From Bacteroidota bacterium (GTDB taxonomy: Bacteria; Bacteroidota; Bacteroidia; Flavobacteriales; Flavobacteriaceae), in the NCBI GenBank assembly GCA_018267095.1, contig JAFDZC010000017.1:142431-206430 (forward strand): a stretch of 64,000 nt of DNA, read 5' to 3'. The stretch's first letter is position 1; each line of letters opens with the position of its first letter. Both the position numbers and the translations under genes were made by a program. Positions 20,303 to 29,872 of this stretch are shown one piece after another. Under the pieces are notes generated by a model, which was not told the DNA's origin, did no database searches, and worked only from the letters and a program-made list of their open reading frames with translations.

Positions 20303-21985
20303 CTAGCCTAATAAACTATTATCACGCAATGATTTTTTAATGGTATTGAGCGCAACACTGCTGAGTTTACCATTGAGTAAGAGTTTGGCACCCGCCCAAA
20401 GCAATCCTTTTTCAAGGGTTGAATATTCGGTGAGGTTAAATAAAATGGCTTCCACTCGTTTTCGGAGTGGTTTGTCAAAGGCATCAATCTCACTTTCAAC
20501 TCGTATTGGCCAATTGAGCCCACAGCTAAAAATTGGCATGGGCATCGAAGCTTGGCGTTTGGTAAAAATAGGAATGATTTGCAGGCTGTTGTCTTCAAGC
20601 GAGCGAAATGGGGTATTGTCTATACCTTGGTAGCCTTGAACAAAAATAGGATTGGCAGTATCAAGCGGAACGGTAAAGTAATCTCGGAGGAATTTTTCGC
20701 AATTGGCTCTTCCTAAAAAATAATCGTGAATGCGAAACTCTTTGTGCAGGAAGCCACCAAACCCTCCGAGGGTACCACAGGCAATAGCTTTTGAAGCGTG
20801 TACCTTTTTGGGAACCCCATGAATCACGATGGTTCGTGTAGGAGAAATCAAGAATTGTCCTGCTTTATCTGAATCTAAGGCGTCGATTAAGGTAGCCGGT
20901 TTTACACGTAGGTGATCTATCATACTCGAGAGCGTATTGCCTATAACATTGCCTATTGCATCGTCTGGATTGAACGGATTGGACTCGCTCGGAAATGGGT
21001 CAATCATCAGCACGGTGCTTTTAAAGGTGTCGTACTTTTGATAGGTTTTGCCTTTTTCACCGCTTGCGTCATTGAGTAGCTCTCTTACTTTTTCAAAAGG
21101 CTCGTTGTTGATCAGGCCTCCGTCAATATTGGTGGTGGTATGCGGATCATTTTGAACCGGAAAAAAATCAGTTACATCTTTTAACCAACTTAAATCGTCA
21201 ATAAAGTTCTTATTTCGGGTAAAAGGTCTTGCTTTGAGTCCCACCGGGAAAGCTCCGGTAGCCATCGCTGCCTGTTTGGCTAAATCAATGTTGAGGTTGC
21301 TGTAAAAATCTAGTGGTATCCAACCATCATCATTGTACTTATTTCCTTCATTGTTCATTACAAAGCAGCCGTAATCATCATGTCGGTTGATTAAATATTT
21401 GTCATTGTCAGGGTTATTTGACTTGAAGGCTACATTGTATTGCAAACCGTTCAGGCTGGTGATGGTTGAAAATACTTTGAGATTTTTTGAGAAGTAACTT
21501 CGTTTTTGTTGCGGGGTTTGTTTGGCCTGTAGTGCTCGGTTGGCGACCTTTTCAATAAACTCGGCATTGAGCGCTGAAACTATTTTACTTGGTTTGGCCT
21601 GATTAATGTCACTGGTGTTTAACAACAACGGAAACATATCATCGGCGATGAGGTCTACCCAGGAATGGTAAAAGATATTTTGTGGTTGCTCTTTTCGGAT
21701 GTTTTTGGGGTCAAGTGTTGTGAGTTGCACCGGAGGAATTTTGTCAGATAGAGCAGCAGCGGTGATGATTCCGGTCATGCCACCGGCAGAGGCACCGCCA
21801 ATCACGGGAATTTCGACGGTATGTTTGGGTATGTTGGGAGCGCCGCTTTTCTTCATGGCTTCCCAATTGTCAAGTGCTTCTAAAAGGTAGTCCATAACGC
21901 CTGCTGTGTAGGCACCGGCCGAAATAGCACCGGCCATGCAGAGGCCTATTTTAAAGGTTTCTTGGGAATTGGTTGTGGTTGGCAT
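20303..21985 (-). CDS. Patatin-like phospholipase
   Basis: AGAISAGAYTAG, GASAGG nucleophile, IDGG; no signal peptide. Confidence 0.9.
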   Translation of the reverse strand: MPTTTNSQETFKIGLCMAGAISAGAYTAGVMDYLLEALDNWEAMKKSGAPNIPKHTVEIPVIGGASAGGMTGIITAAALSDKIPPVQLTTLDPKNIRKEQPQNIFYHSWVDLIADDMFPLLLNTSDINQAKPSKIVSALNAEFIEKVANRALQAKQTPQQKRSYFSKNLKVFSTITSLNGLQYNVAFKSNNPDNDKYLINRHDDYGCFVMNNEGNKYNDDGWIPLDFYSNLNIDLAKQAAMATGAFPVGLKARPFTRNKNFIDDLSWLKDVTDFFPVQNDPHTTTNIDGGLINNEPFEKVRELLNDASGEKGKTYQKYDTFKSTVLMIDPFPSESNPFNPDDAIGNVIGNTLSSMIDHLRVKPATLIDALDSDKAGQFLISPTRTIVIHGVPKKVHASKAIACGTLGGFGGFLHKEFRIHDYFLGRANCEKFLRDYFTVPLDTANPIFVQGYQGIDNTPFRSLEDNSLQIIPIFTKRQASMPMPIFSCGLNWPIRVESEIDAFDKPLRKRVEAILFNLTEYSTLEKGLLWAGAKLLLNGKLSSVALNTIKKSLRDNSLLG

Positions 21986-22223
21986 GTTGTGGTTTTTTAC
22001 TATGAGTCAATATTTTGAAGTTGATTGGTGTTGTTTTTTCGGTTGTGTTTTGATAGCTTTTGACTTTATTACTTAACAGACAAATGGCAAAGATTTATTT
22101 TCTGTTAAAAGTTAATGAATCACTTATTTGCATGAAATACGCTAGCTGAAATTAATTCTTTTGCAGAACTGTTTTAATTCATCCATGTTTATTTTTTGAA
22201 CAAATTATATAAGCAAAATTATA

Positions 22224-23099
22224 TTACACTGTTCTTTTTTTGCGTTGTCCCGCATAATAACCTACAACCGGAAATATAATTTGTGAGAGCAGCCACTCGG
22301 GATGGGCTTGAAAATAAGTCCAAAGTTTTGCTATATAGCCTCGTGGGTCAATAGTAACGGTAGTTTCAGTAACAATAGGGAAATTATTATCTATCCATTT
22401 TTGTTGTTTTTCATCGAATGAATAAATCTTAATTTGCATCTGCATTTTTTTGATTTCTTTCGGCACTACCGTCCAATACCATTTCAGTTCTGTTTGGGCT
22501 CCGAATATTTGCTCTTCGGATACAGGTTTGTCAAGAATTTTAAAATCTTCATCGTTGCTGATAAGGCTTACCTTCATTTTTTCGGCCAACGGAATGGTTT
22601 GTCCTTGCACATCATTTTGGCTGTGTTTGATTTGTGAGGCTTGTATTTTGGCTACCTCATTTTTTACTTTTTCGATTGCTTTTTTTAGTTCAGCTTTGCT
22701 GATGGTGACCGAGATAATATTGGGCGTAGCTTCAATCATCTTCTCTGGGCAGTATACCACAACACTTCCTTCGGGTGAAGTTGTTGGTTCAGATGGTTCA
22801 GAGGCCGGTGATCTATCTGGTTCATTATTGTTTTTTGTATGCTCAGGAACAGTGCCATCTTTTGAGTCTTCGGGATGATGTGCCACCGCTGTTGAATCGC
22901 TGGGCGGAAAGGGTACGGCTGTGGTGTCAGCCGCAATTGCTTGTGTTGAATCAGCCGGGGTAGCTACACCAGTTGTATCTTGCATTACTTGTGGGCTTTC
23001 GGTAGCCTCTTCAAGATGCTCTGCATTTTTGCATGAGAAGAAAAATAAAACAATCAGCGCCAGAAGTGATTGTTTCAGTATTTGTTTTTTGTTTTCCAT
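22224..23099 (-). CDS. Lipoprotein with disordered linker, W.W.V.P domain and C-terminal hydrophobic anchor
   Basis: FFFSC lipobox; C-half similar to 29873-30877. Confidence 0.7.
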   Translation of the reverse strand: MENKKQILKQSLLALIVLFFFSCKNAEHLEEATESPQVMQDTTGVATPADSTQAIAADTTAVPFPPSDSTAVAHHPEDSKDGTVPEHTKNNNEPDRSPASEPSEPTTSPEGSVVVYCPEKMIEATPNIISVTISKAELKKAIEKVKNEVAKIQASQIKHSQNDVQGQTIPLAEKMKVSLISNDEDFKILDKPVSEEQIFGAQTELKWYWTVVPKEIKKMQMQIKIYSFDEKQQKWIDNNFPIVTETTVTIDPRGYIAKLWTYFQAHPEWLLSQIIFPVVGYYAGQRKKRTV

Positions 23100-23139
23100 G
23101 ATTTGTTGTTTTAAAGGTGGATGAAACCTGTATCATTTT

Positions 23140-23706
23140 TCAGCTTGCGGCTTGTGTGGTTGCAAATTGTTCCGTGAGAATTAATTTCATCACTAAATAC
23201 CCGCTGATAAACCCCCAGATAAGGAAATATAAAATAATTGCTGCGCACATGATGGTAACCGAATCGATGATGTTGCTTGAATTCATTTGATGATCAGCAA
23301 GGGGGACTTTCCGGATGCCTTGCCCCATGACTCGGGCAATGTGTAAGATGAATTTCGGAGCTTCTTTTATTTCTACCAATCCGGCGCCAATGATTATTTT
23401 GGTTAACCAATCAGAAATTTCGGTGAGATTTGTGTTTTCTTGTATTTTCTGTACCTTACCTGAAACTTCTGTGCCATTTGGGTTATTTGTACTTGTTGTA
23501 CCAGAGGCCGAGATGATTTTAGGAACGCTAAAAATAAATCCCGATAAGCTGCCCATAACCATGTATGCGAGTGACCAAAGCAATAAAGTATTGGCGTTTA
23601 CATTTTCGTAATAGGCATAAAAAGTAACAATCAAAAGCCCTAATACGATACCCAATGCTACCCATAGAGTGGTCCAAGAGTATCTTTCGTAGTTTGATGT
23701 GTTCAT
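23140..23706 (-). CDS. Multi-TM protein with NTNL.EISDWLTKII.G motif
   Basis: About 4 hydrophobic segments; GFIFSVP..ENTNLTEISDWLTKIIIG. Confidence 0.7.
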   Translation of the reverse strand: MNTSNYERYSWTTLWVALGIVLGLLIVTFYAYYENVNANTLLLWSLAYMVMGSLSGFIFSVPKIISASGTTSTNNPNGTEVSGKVQKIQENTNLTEISDWLTKIIIGAGLVEIKEAPKFILHIARVMGQGIRKVPLADHQMNSSNIIDSVTIMCAAIILYFLIWGFISGYLVMKLILTEQFATTQAAS

Positions 23707-23719
23707 ATCCTTTAATTTT

Positions 23720-24667
23720 TTAGTTGTTAGCATTAATTTTGACCGATGTTGCTAATTGCAAATGGCCATTGCTGTCTTTTTGTCTTGTGGGAATTACGTT
23801 TCTGTTCATATCGCCTTTGATGGTATAAAAAGCATCTTCAAACCAAGTTTCACTATAGAAATACCACGAATGCGAGTGATTTCCGACTTCGACCTCTAGT
23901 TGGTCTTTTTCGCTGTCATAATAGGCACCACAATTAACGTCAACCGCTTTTTCAGGAGCTTGAGCAGGTAAGCCTACACGCCCAACACGGTTTTTGAATC
24001 CGGCTCTTTTGATGTTTGACAAAGCCAAAGCAGAATCGTATGGGTTGTAATAGTTGGTTAATCGGTTGCAATGGCGATAGATAGATAATCCTCGTTCTTC
24101 AGACATAGAATCACTTGACACATCGCCAGAAATTAATAGAATTTGGGATACGGTCCAGTTAACATCGGCCGTTTTACTGGTGGTGTCAGCATCTGCAAAG
24201 GCTTCACTTATTACATAAGCCCCGGTAGAATGTCCTAGCAGATGGATGTTGATGGTGCAATTTTTACTCTGTTGCGCTGCAACCAATTTGATGCATGAGT
24301 TAACGAGTTCCAAGGCTGTTTTTTTGGCATCGTGTCGATCTTCAAGATACATCAATGAATTGTCGCCACTGGGCCACGCAAAAGTGATGAGCTCACCGGT
24401 GTAACCCACTTGTTGGAACCCTTCTTTTAATTTTCGGTGTCGATTGAGCACCACGTCAATGCTATTGTTGTAGCCGTGAATAAAAAAAATGATGTCTTGT
24501 TGTTGGCTGTGAATAATTTCTTTTACAAATGTACTCATAGAAAGACTGTGCTCTCTGATGGATATCTCTGAAGCGTTTTCAGCAACGGCCAAGTAGGTAG
24601 CTCTTCCGGGTTCGTCTCCGAAGCCGTTTCCTTTTTTGTTTCGGACCGATATAATGTAATCACTCAT
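23720..24667 (-). CDS. Alpha/beta hydrolase (DUF900-like)
   Basis: FFIHGYNN, FAWPS, GHSTG, D.AL..S..KR...RVG; no signal peptide. Confidence 0.85.
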   Translation of the reverse strand: MSDYIISVRNKKGNGFGDEPGRATYLAVAENASEISIREHSLSMSTFVKEIIHSQQQDIIFFIHGYNNSIDVVLNRHRKLKEGFQQVGYTGELITFAWPSGDNSLMYLEDRHDAKKTALELVNSCIKLVAAQQSKNCTINIHLLGHSTGAYVISEAFADADTTSKTADVNWTVSQILLISGDVSSDSMSEERGLSIYRHCNRLTNYYNPYDSALALSNIKRAGFKNRVGRVGLPAQAPEKAVDVNCGAYYDSEKDQLEVEVGNHSHSWYFYSETWFEDAFYTIKGDMNRNVIPTRQKDSNGHLQLATSVKINANN

Positions 24668-24764
24668 GGTTTAGATTTTTTAATGAAACAATAGTTTTAT
24701 GATAAATCACTTTATTTGACAGGATTTAATTATGCAAGTTTTGGTGATGATTTAGCCAATGGGT

Positions 24765-25481
24765 TTAGTTGTTAAACAAATCGTCTTTTTCTAGTTTGGC
24801 ATTAGAAATCATGAGGGATTTGATGTGTTTGAAAGCTTTGAGGATTCTGGTTTTTAAGTCGTCTGACATGACTTGGATTTTGCCTTGCTTTGGAAAGTTA
24901 AAAAGGCGAATTTCACCGTCAACTTTAAATTCAATAGCTGTCTTATCTGAGTTGAATTTGATGTCATCACTGCTGTCGATTTTTGTAAAGTCAATAGCTC
25001 GACTATCATTATCGGGCTCATTAAAGCTGATTGAAAATGAATTTTCTTCTTCAAATTCACTGTAGTCTGACATTTTATCAAAGTAACCTTCTAAGATTCC
25101 TTTTTGCTGTAAAAACTGAATGGTTTTTTCAAATGAAATAGAGGCAGACTTGAGTGTTTGATTTGTGTCTTTCAAGAATTTATTTTCCTTGGCGATAGAG
25201 TCATTTTTGTGTTTGAGTTGATTGTTTAAGGTTGAAAGATCTTTTACCACTTGCTTTAGACTATCGCAAGTTTTTAATGCTTTTTTATTTTGTTCTTTCA
25301 AGGTCGAGATTTCAAGATTGAAAAGTGCCTGAGTTTTTTTCTTTGCAGTTTGTTTTTTCAAGTCGACAATTTTATTAGGAACAGCTGTTTGCGCTTTTGT
25401 CTTTGTTGCGGTTTTGGTTTTATTTTGCGCAAAGCAAGCTATTGATAATAATAAGGTTATGAGTATTAATTTTGTTTTCAT
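24765..25481 (-). CDS. Secreted coiled-coil protein
   Basis: Signal peptide ACFAQ; long heptad region. Confidence 0.6.
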   Translation of the reverse strand: MKTKLILITLLLSIACFAQNKTKTATKTKAQTAVPNKIVDLKKQTAKKKTQALFNLEISTLKEQNKKALKTCDSLKQVVKDLSTLNNQLKHKNDSIAKENKFLKDTNQTLKSASISFEKTIQFLQQKGILEGYFDKMSDYSEFEEENSFSISFNEPDNDSRAIDFTKIDSSDDIKFNSDKTAIEFKVDGEIRLFNFPKQGKIQVMSDDLKTRILKAFKHIKSLMISNAKLEKDDLFNN

Positions 25482-25533
25482 ACGGTTCGTTTTTATGAAT
25501 TATTTTTAATGAAGACCTAGACGGGTGCAGTGT

Positions 25534-26427
25534 TTATTTGGTAATCAAATCAGCTATTTTTCCGAAGTCAAGATTAAGCCCTAAATAGACCGAATTGAGT
25601 GGAACTTGCCCGATAATACCCCTGTAATCAACCCCTACTATTATTTGTGCATTGCTTGTTTTTGAAGTATTGTACTGAAAATAGCTGCGCACCAAATAAA
25701 ACCAGTTTTTCTTGTAACCTTCGTAACCAAGACCATTAACTAATGAATTTTTGGTCGGATGCTCTAATGACCAACCAAAGGTTCCCTGCATAAACAGTGA
25801 AAAGTTGTTTTTAAAGTAGCAATCTAACGTTAACCCTAAACCAAAGTTTCCGGCAGCAGTTTGATAATTTTTGCTGTCTTTTTTTACCAACAGCGGAATG
25901 AGATCATCTTTTTTAGGAATTTGATCTACAGAGGTGATTTTGATTTTTTTAGAGGATATAGAATCAATGGTTTTGGAGGTTGAAAAATTTGAAATCAATA
26001 ACTCTGTATGCCCGTGAATACTTAATGATAGAAAGTCATTATATACCAATTTGCGCAAAACCTGAAAATATCCACTGTAGGTTGATATACTGGTTTGTGT
26101 TTTGTATTTGTTGTACTGTTTTAAATAAGTTGAATCAACGGCCAATTGATCGAGTGGATTGATGAGTATTTGATCTTCTTGGTACCGAACGATGCTGTCA
26201 TTATTGAGGTTGTTCAATTTTAATAAGCCCGTATTAAATCCGTAGTTTCTGCTTTTTGAGATTGGAATGTACACATTAAAATGCCCCGTGTACTTGAGTT
26301 TATCAACGTTTTGCATCTGAAAGTCAAAACCATTCATGAGCATGTATCTTGGGTCTGTTCTCTTGTTTTGCGCTATAGTACTCAATGATGAGATGATGGT
26401 GAGTATGAGGATTATTTTTGCTTTCAT
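25534..26427 (-). CDS. Putative outer-membrane beta-barrel-like protein
   Basis: Signal peptide; alternating hydrophobic strands; C-terminal YLGLNLDF. Confidence 0.55.
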   Translation of the reverse strand: MKAKIILILTIISSLSTIAQNKRTDPRYMLMNGFDFQMQNVDKLKYTGHFNVYIPISKSRNYGFNTGLLKLNNLNNDSIVRYQEDQILINPLDQLAVDSTYLKQYNKYKTQTSISTYSGYFQVLRKLVYNDFLSLSIHGHTELLISNFSTSKTIDSISSKKIKITSVDQIPKKDDLIPLLVKKDSKNYQTAAGNFGLGLTLDCYFKNNFSLFMQGTFGWSLEHPTKNSLVNGLGYEGYKKNWFYLVRSYFQYNTSKTSNAQIIVGVDYRGIIGQVPLNSVYLGLNLDFGKIADLITK

Positions 26428-26692
26428 AAGTTTGCTGATTAATAAAAGTTACTTTTTAAATTATGGATCGGATTGATTTTAAGATTTGGTCCCACACAGT
26501 GTTTTGCTTGTTTAATATTTTTGTGTTGACAAAGCCCTGAATTTGGTTAGTAAATCTTGCTCGAGATTGTCTTTTTTGGTCTTGAAATAATCGATTTCAA
26601 ACAATAAGCTGTTTGTAGACTTCATAAGTGTAAAATTCCTTTTTCAATAAGGTAGAGATATGCGTTAGCGAGTTGCTGCTTTGAGGTTTAGA

Positions 26693-27436
26693 TTAATTGC
26701 TTGACACTTGACCTTTTTTGAGCCATGAAGCACCAAAGAACAGTAGAGCAGTGGTTTCAAAAATGTATATCACGGGTAATCGTCTTATAAAATTAATTTG
26801 CTGAACCGCCGGAATATTGAGAAGGATAACCAGACTTATTGAAACGAGTATTCCGATGCCGCAATATTTGTAAAAGTTATGCGAAGGCATTTTGCCAAAG
26901 TATTCTACTTTGTCGGTTCGTCTGAAATTAACCAGCGATATGATGCCTAAGGCAATAAAAAACAAAATAGCCGAAATGTTGTGTATCCAACCAACGGTAT
27001 TACTGCTGATAAATACCCTAAAATTGTCATCGAAACATTGGTCAAATGACATTGGGAATATAGCTACCAACAAGGCACAGATTCCTGCAAAATTGGTCAT
27101 AAAGCTATCTGAAGGCATGGTTTCGCCCTCTTTTTTTTCGTATCCTCTGTAGAGAAATAAAAAGAAGGCAACAGCACAAAGTGTCCCAACAAATAACTCT
27201 CCCATGGGCGTGTAATAATATTCACTGATACTGTTGCGTAAATATTGCATTGAATTATATGGTTTATCTCGGCATAGTTCCATCCAGTATAGGTTACTGT
27301 ATACTTTAGATTGATGAAAAGCCCAATTGCCTAACCATAGTGAAAAAGGAAGGCTCATTCCCAGATAGCCCACCCAACGTCTCATTCGATGGTAAGACAT
27401 TACCAATTGTTTTATGTTTTTTGTTGTTTCAGGCAT
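26693..27436 (-). CDS. DUF998-like membrane protein
   Basis: SISEYYYTPMGELFVGTLCAV; ~6 TM helices. Confidence 0.7.
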   Translation of the reverse strand: MPETTKNIKQLVMSYHRMRRWVGYLGMSLPFSLWLGNWAFHQSKVYSNLYWMELCRDKPYNSMQYLRNSISEYYYTPMGELFVGTLCAVAFFLFLYRGYEKKEGETMPSDSFMTNFAGICALLVAIFPMSFDQCFDDNFRVFISSNTVGWIHNISAILFFIALGIISLVNFRRTDKVEYFGKMPSHNFYKYCGIGILVSISLVILLNIPAVQQINFIRRLPVIYIFETTALLFFGASWLKKGQVSSN

Positions 27437-27487
27437 GATGTTCTTGTTTAAGGGTTTGTATTGGTATTTATGTTCGTATTTGTATTT

Positions 27488-28663
27488 TTAGTCATTTTTT
27501 TGATTTGTGCTCGAACTATATTTGAGCGTACAATACGGAATTACTTTCATCGAACACATTGAATTGAGCAGATTAATCGGTATTTGATTTCCGCTTCCGT
27601 AGTAATCTAATACCGATTGGTGTATATGTTGATTTGTCAGCGGCGCACTGTTGCTGATTCCCTCTTTTTTCATAATCAATTCAAGCAATAATTTTGTGAG
27701 TTCATATTTAAAACCACCGTTGACGATGTTCTGTCCGTTGATGATTCGGTAGTATCTCGGGAGTATTTTATAGAACCCTTTCCATTCTTCGTTTTGTTGG
27801 CCATTTCTGGCTGTTTGAAGTTCTTTTAAATCAAATTTCATCGAAGTCTGAAGCCCAAGGTCTACCGCATTTTTGACCAAATAGCTCAAAGGATTTAAGG
27901 CCAAATCTTCGGGTTTGTATCCACCCCCAATATCACAATGTACTCCTCTGAACCAGCATTGTTCGAGTTTTTGAGTTCCGACGTGTTCTTCTTGTTGCTG
28001 CCAAAGGGTAGGTCTAAAGAACACTCGGTTTTCATTAATCGCAATCGCATGATAAGCGTTTTGCACAATGCCACTGAGTGTTACGTCATGAAATCGTTTT
28101 TTATCTCGGTTAAAATCGAAAAATCTAAATGGAATTCCCAGGGCGCCGACAGTATCCCATACTCCGATATACTTGATGGGGGTTTGATCTAACGGATATG
28201 AAAAATATTGTTGAAATGCTTTACATTCGGCAGAATTTGGATGATACTTGTCATCTCGGCTTCTGTAAATGTAAAAGGCGCGGTCAACTTTGTAGGCATT
28301 GTATTTTTTGAGAATTCCACAATTTCGGATCAGCCCGACCAAGCTTCTGACCGTGTAAGAACCTCTGCTAAAGCCAAACAAAAAGAGCTCTGTGCCAGGG
28401 GTGTAATGTTCAACGATAAAGCGGTATAATATTTTTATATTGTCATCAATGCCCACGCCCAGAGTGCCGCCTTTGATTCGGTCTTTTTTATCGCCGGTAC
28501 CTACGCCTTCATGATAATACGCTATCTGCTCATCGCCGTTGGCGCATACGTCGGGAATGGTATTGATAAAAGACTGAAATACATTGGTGGGCGCAATGTT
28601 TTTGCCGTCTTTGTTGGCCGGTGTGTTCCAAGTGCCGTCTGCAAAAATGATGATTCGTCTCAT
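27488..28663 (-). CDS. DUF2235 (Tle1-like) alpha/beta hydrolase
   Basis: FADGTWN, FGFSRG, GVWDTVGALG, WFRGVHCDIGGG; no signal peptide. Confidence 0.9.
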   Translation of the reverse strand: MRRIIIFADGTWNTPANKDGKNIAPTNVFQSFINTIPDVCANGDEQIAYYHEGVGTGDKKDRIKGGTLGVGIDDNIKILYRFIVEHYTPGTELFLFGFSRGSYTVRSLVGLIRNCGILKKYNAYKVDRAFYIYRSRDDKYHPNSAECKAFQQYFSYPLDQTPIKYIGVWDTVGALGIPFRFFDFNRDKKRFHDVTLSGIVQNAYHAIAINENRVFFRPTLWQQQEEHVGTQKLEQCWFRGVHCDIGGGYKPEDLALNPLSYLVKNAVDLGLQTSMKFDLKELQTARNGQQNEEWKGFYKILPRYYRIINGQNIVNGGFKYELTKLLLELIMKKEGISNSAPLTNQHIHQSVLDYYGSGNQIPINLLNSMCSMKVIPYCTLKYSSSTNQKND

Positions 28664-28704
28664 AAAAGCGTATTTTGGGTTAGTATGGCTACTATGGTTG
28701 GGAC

Positions 28705-29361
28705 TTATTTGATTCTTCTGAAGTAGCCCATGAAGTTTGATTTGTTATTCTGGTCGTGTTCAATTGTGAATTCATCAGGATGGTCAGCGCATACCTTTTC
28801 GACCAAGGCTGAAGTAATCCTGGCATCATATTTAAAAAATGAATCCGCTTTAAAAATAGAATTAACCTTATATTCTCCTCTGATTTTCATGTAGGTTAAG
28901 GTTTCTAATTTTCTTCTAATGGGATTAACTATCGTTGTGTCGTTAATAGCCAATAGTTTAGCTGAAGATTCTGAGTTTTGTGAATAGGTAAAATCATTCG
29001 GGAAAAGCTTGACTATTTCGTCGATTCTGGCTTCGGACAAATGATCGACATTGTTTTTAATTGTATTGACCAGAATTGTTTCATATTCACTTCCGTAGAG
29101 CTTGAAATATTGCTTGATTCTCAATGCATCTTTTCTTACATCTTCGTCATAGTTTCTTTTTTGTATTAGAATCACTAGTGATAATGACCATAAAAGGGTA
29201 AAGACAATTGTGTTGGTTCGGGTGATTTGTATGTTTGATTTTGAAAAAAGACCTGACAGAAGAAGAACAAATCCAATCAATGAAAGCATACAAAAAGGAA
29301 GCGTGTAATAATTTTGTTCGGTTAACAGCTTATAAAGCGTAATAAATTCATCTACTTTCAT
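28705..29361 (-). CDS. 2-TM protein with tandem helical repeats
   Basis: Two N-terminal TM helices; IDEIVKLFPNDF / VEKVCADHPDEF repeats. Confidence 0.6.
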   Translation of the reverse strand: MKVDEFITLYKLLTEQNYYTLPFCMLSLIGFVLLLSGLFSKSNIQITRTNTIVFTLLWSLSLVILIQKRNYDEDVRKDALRIKQYFKLYGSEYETILVNTIKNNVDHLSEARIDEIVKLFPNDFTYSQNSESSAKLLAINDTTIVNPIRRKLETLTYMKIRGEYKVNSIFKADSFFKYDARITSALVEKVCADHPDEFTIEHDQNNKSNFMGYFRRIK

Positions 29362-29412
29362 GGTTTTAGATTTTTAGAGTATATTTTTCCAGTTGATTCT
29401 TAGCCGGAATTG

Positions 29413-29841
29413 TCAATGAATCACCAAAGTAAAGTTTTGATACTTCATAACTTGTTCAAAGGCTGCTATGGTTGCCACCGAATGGGTTACATCAAGAATG
29501 CCGTCGCCATTGATATCGGCATTTGCGTCACCTAAGGCAATACAACCCAACAAGTCTGAAAAGAAATTAGATGCATGAATTCTGATGCCGGCTCTATTGG
29601 GTACGTTCAGGATTTCATAAGTGTATACTGGGTGACCTTTTTTGGTGGTCATGCGCGTTGATTGTGAATATTGACATTCATAGCTTCCCGGCGGAATACA
29701 CGAAATATTGTTTGCATTTGCTTTCCAGGCCAGTTCGAGTGTTTTACAGACAAATAATTGCCCGTTTTCTTTAATCACACTCAAAATCCCCAGAACTTCT
29801 TTGTTTGAATGAATCATTCGTTTGAGTTCTACTGTTTTCAT
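29413..29841 (-). CDS. DUF5675 family protein
   Basis: CKTLEL.W..N..NISCIP.G.Y, NVPNRAGIRIHASN...LLGCI.LG. Confidence 0.85.
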   Translation of the reverse strand: MKTVELKRMIHSNKEVLGILSVIKENGQLFVCKTLELAWKANANNISCIPPGSYECQYSQSTRMTTKKGHPVYTYEILNVPNRAGIRIHASNFFSDLLGCIALGDANADINGDGILDVTHSVATIAAFEQVMKYQNFTLVIH

Positions 29842-29872
29842 GCGTTATTATTTTGAATTATTACTAGTCAGT

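Noticed and set aside
20303-21985. CBASS (CapV) system
   Set aside because: No CD-NTase or Cap2/3 genes nearby.
26512-26625. Extra small ORF in the lipase-locus gap
   Set aside because: Stops after 37 codons; no supporting features.
27488-28663. T6SS effector locus
   Set aside because: No VgrG, PAAR, Hcp or Rhs genes in the window.
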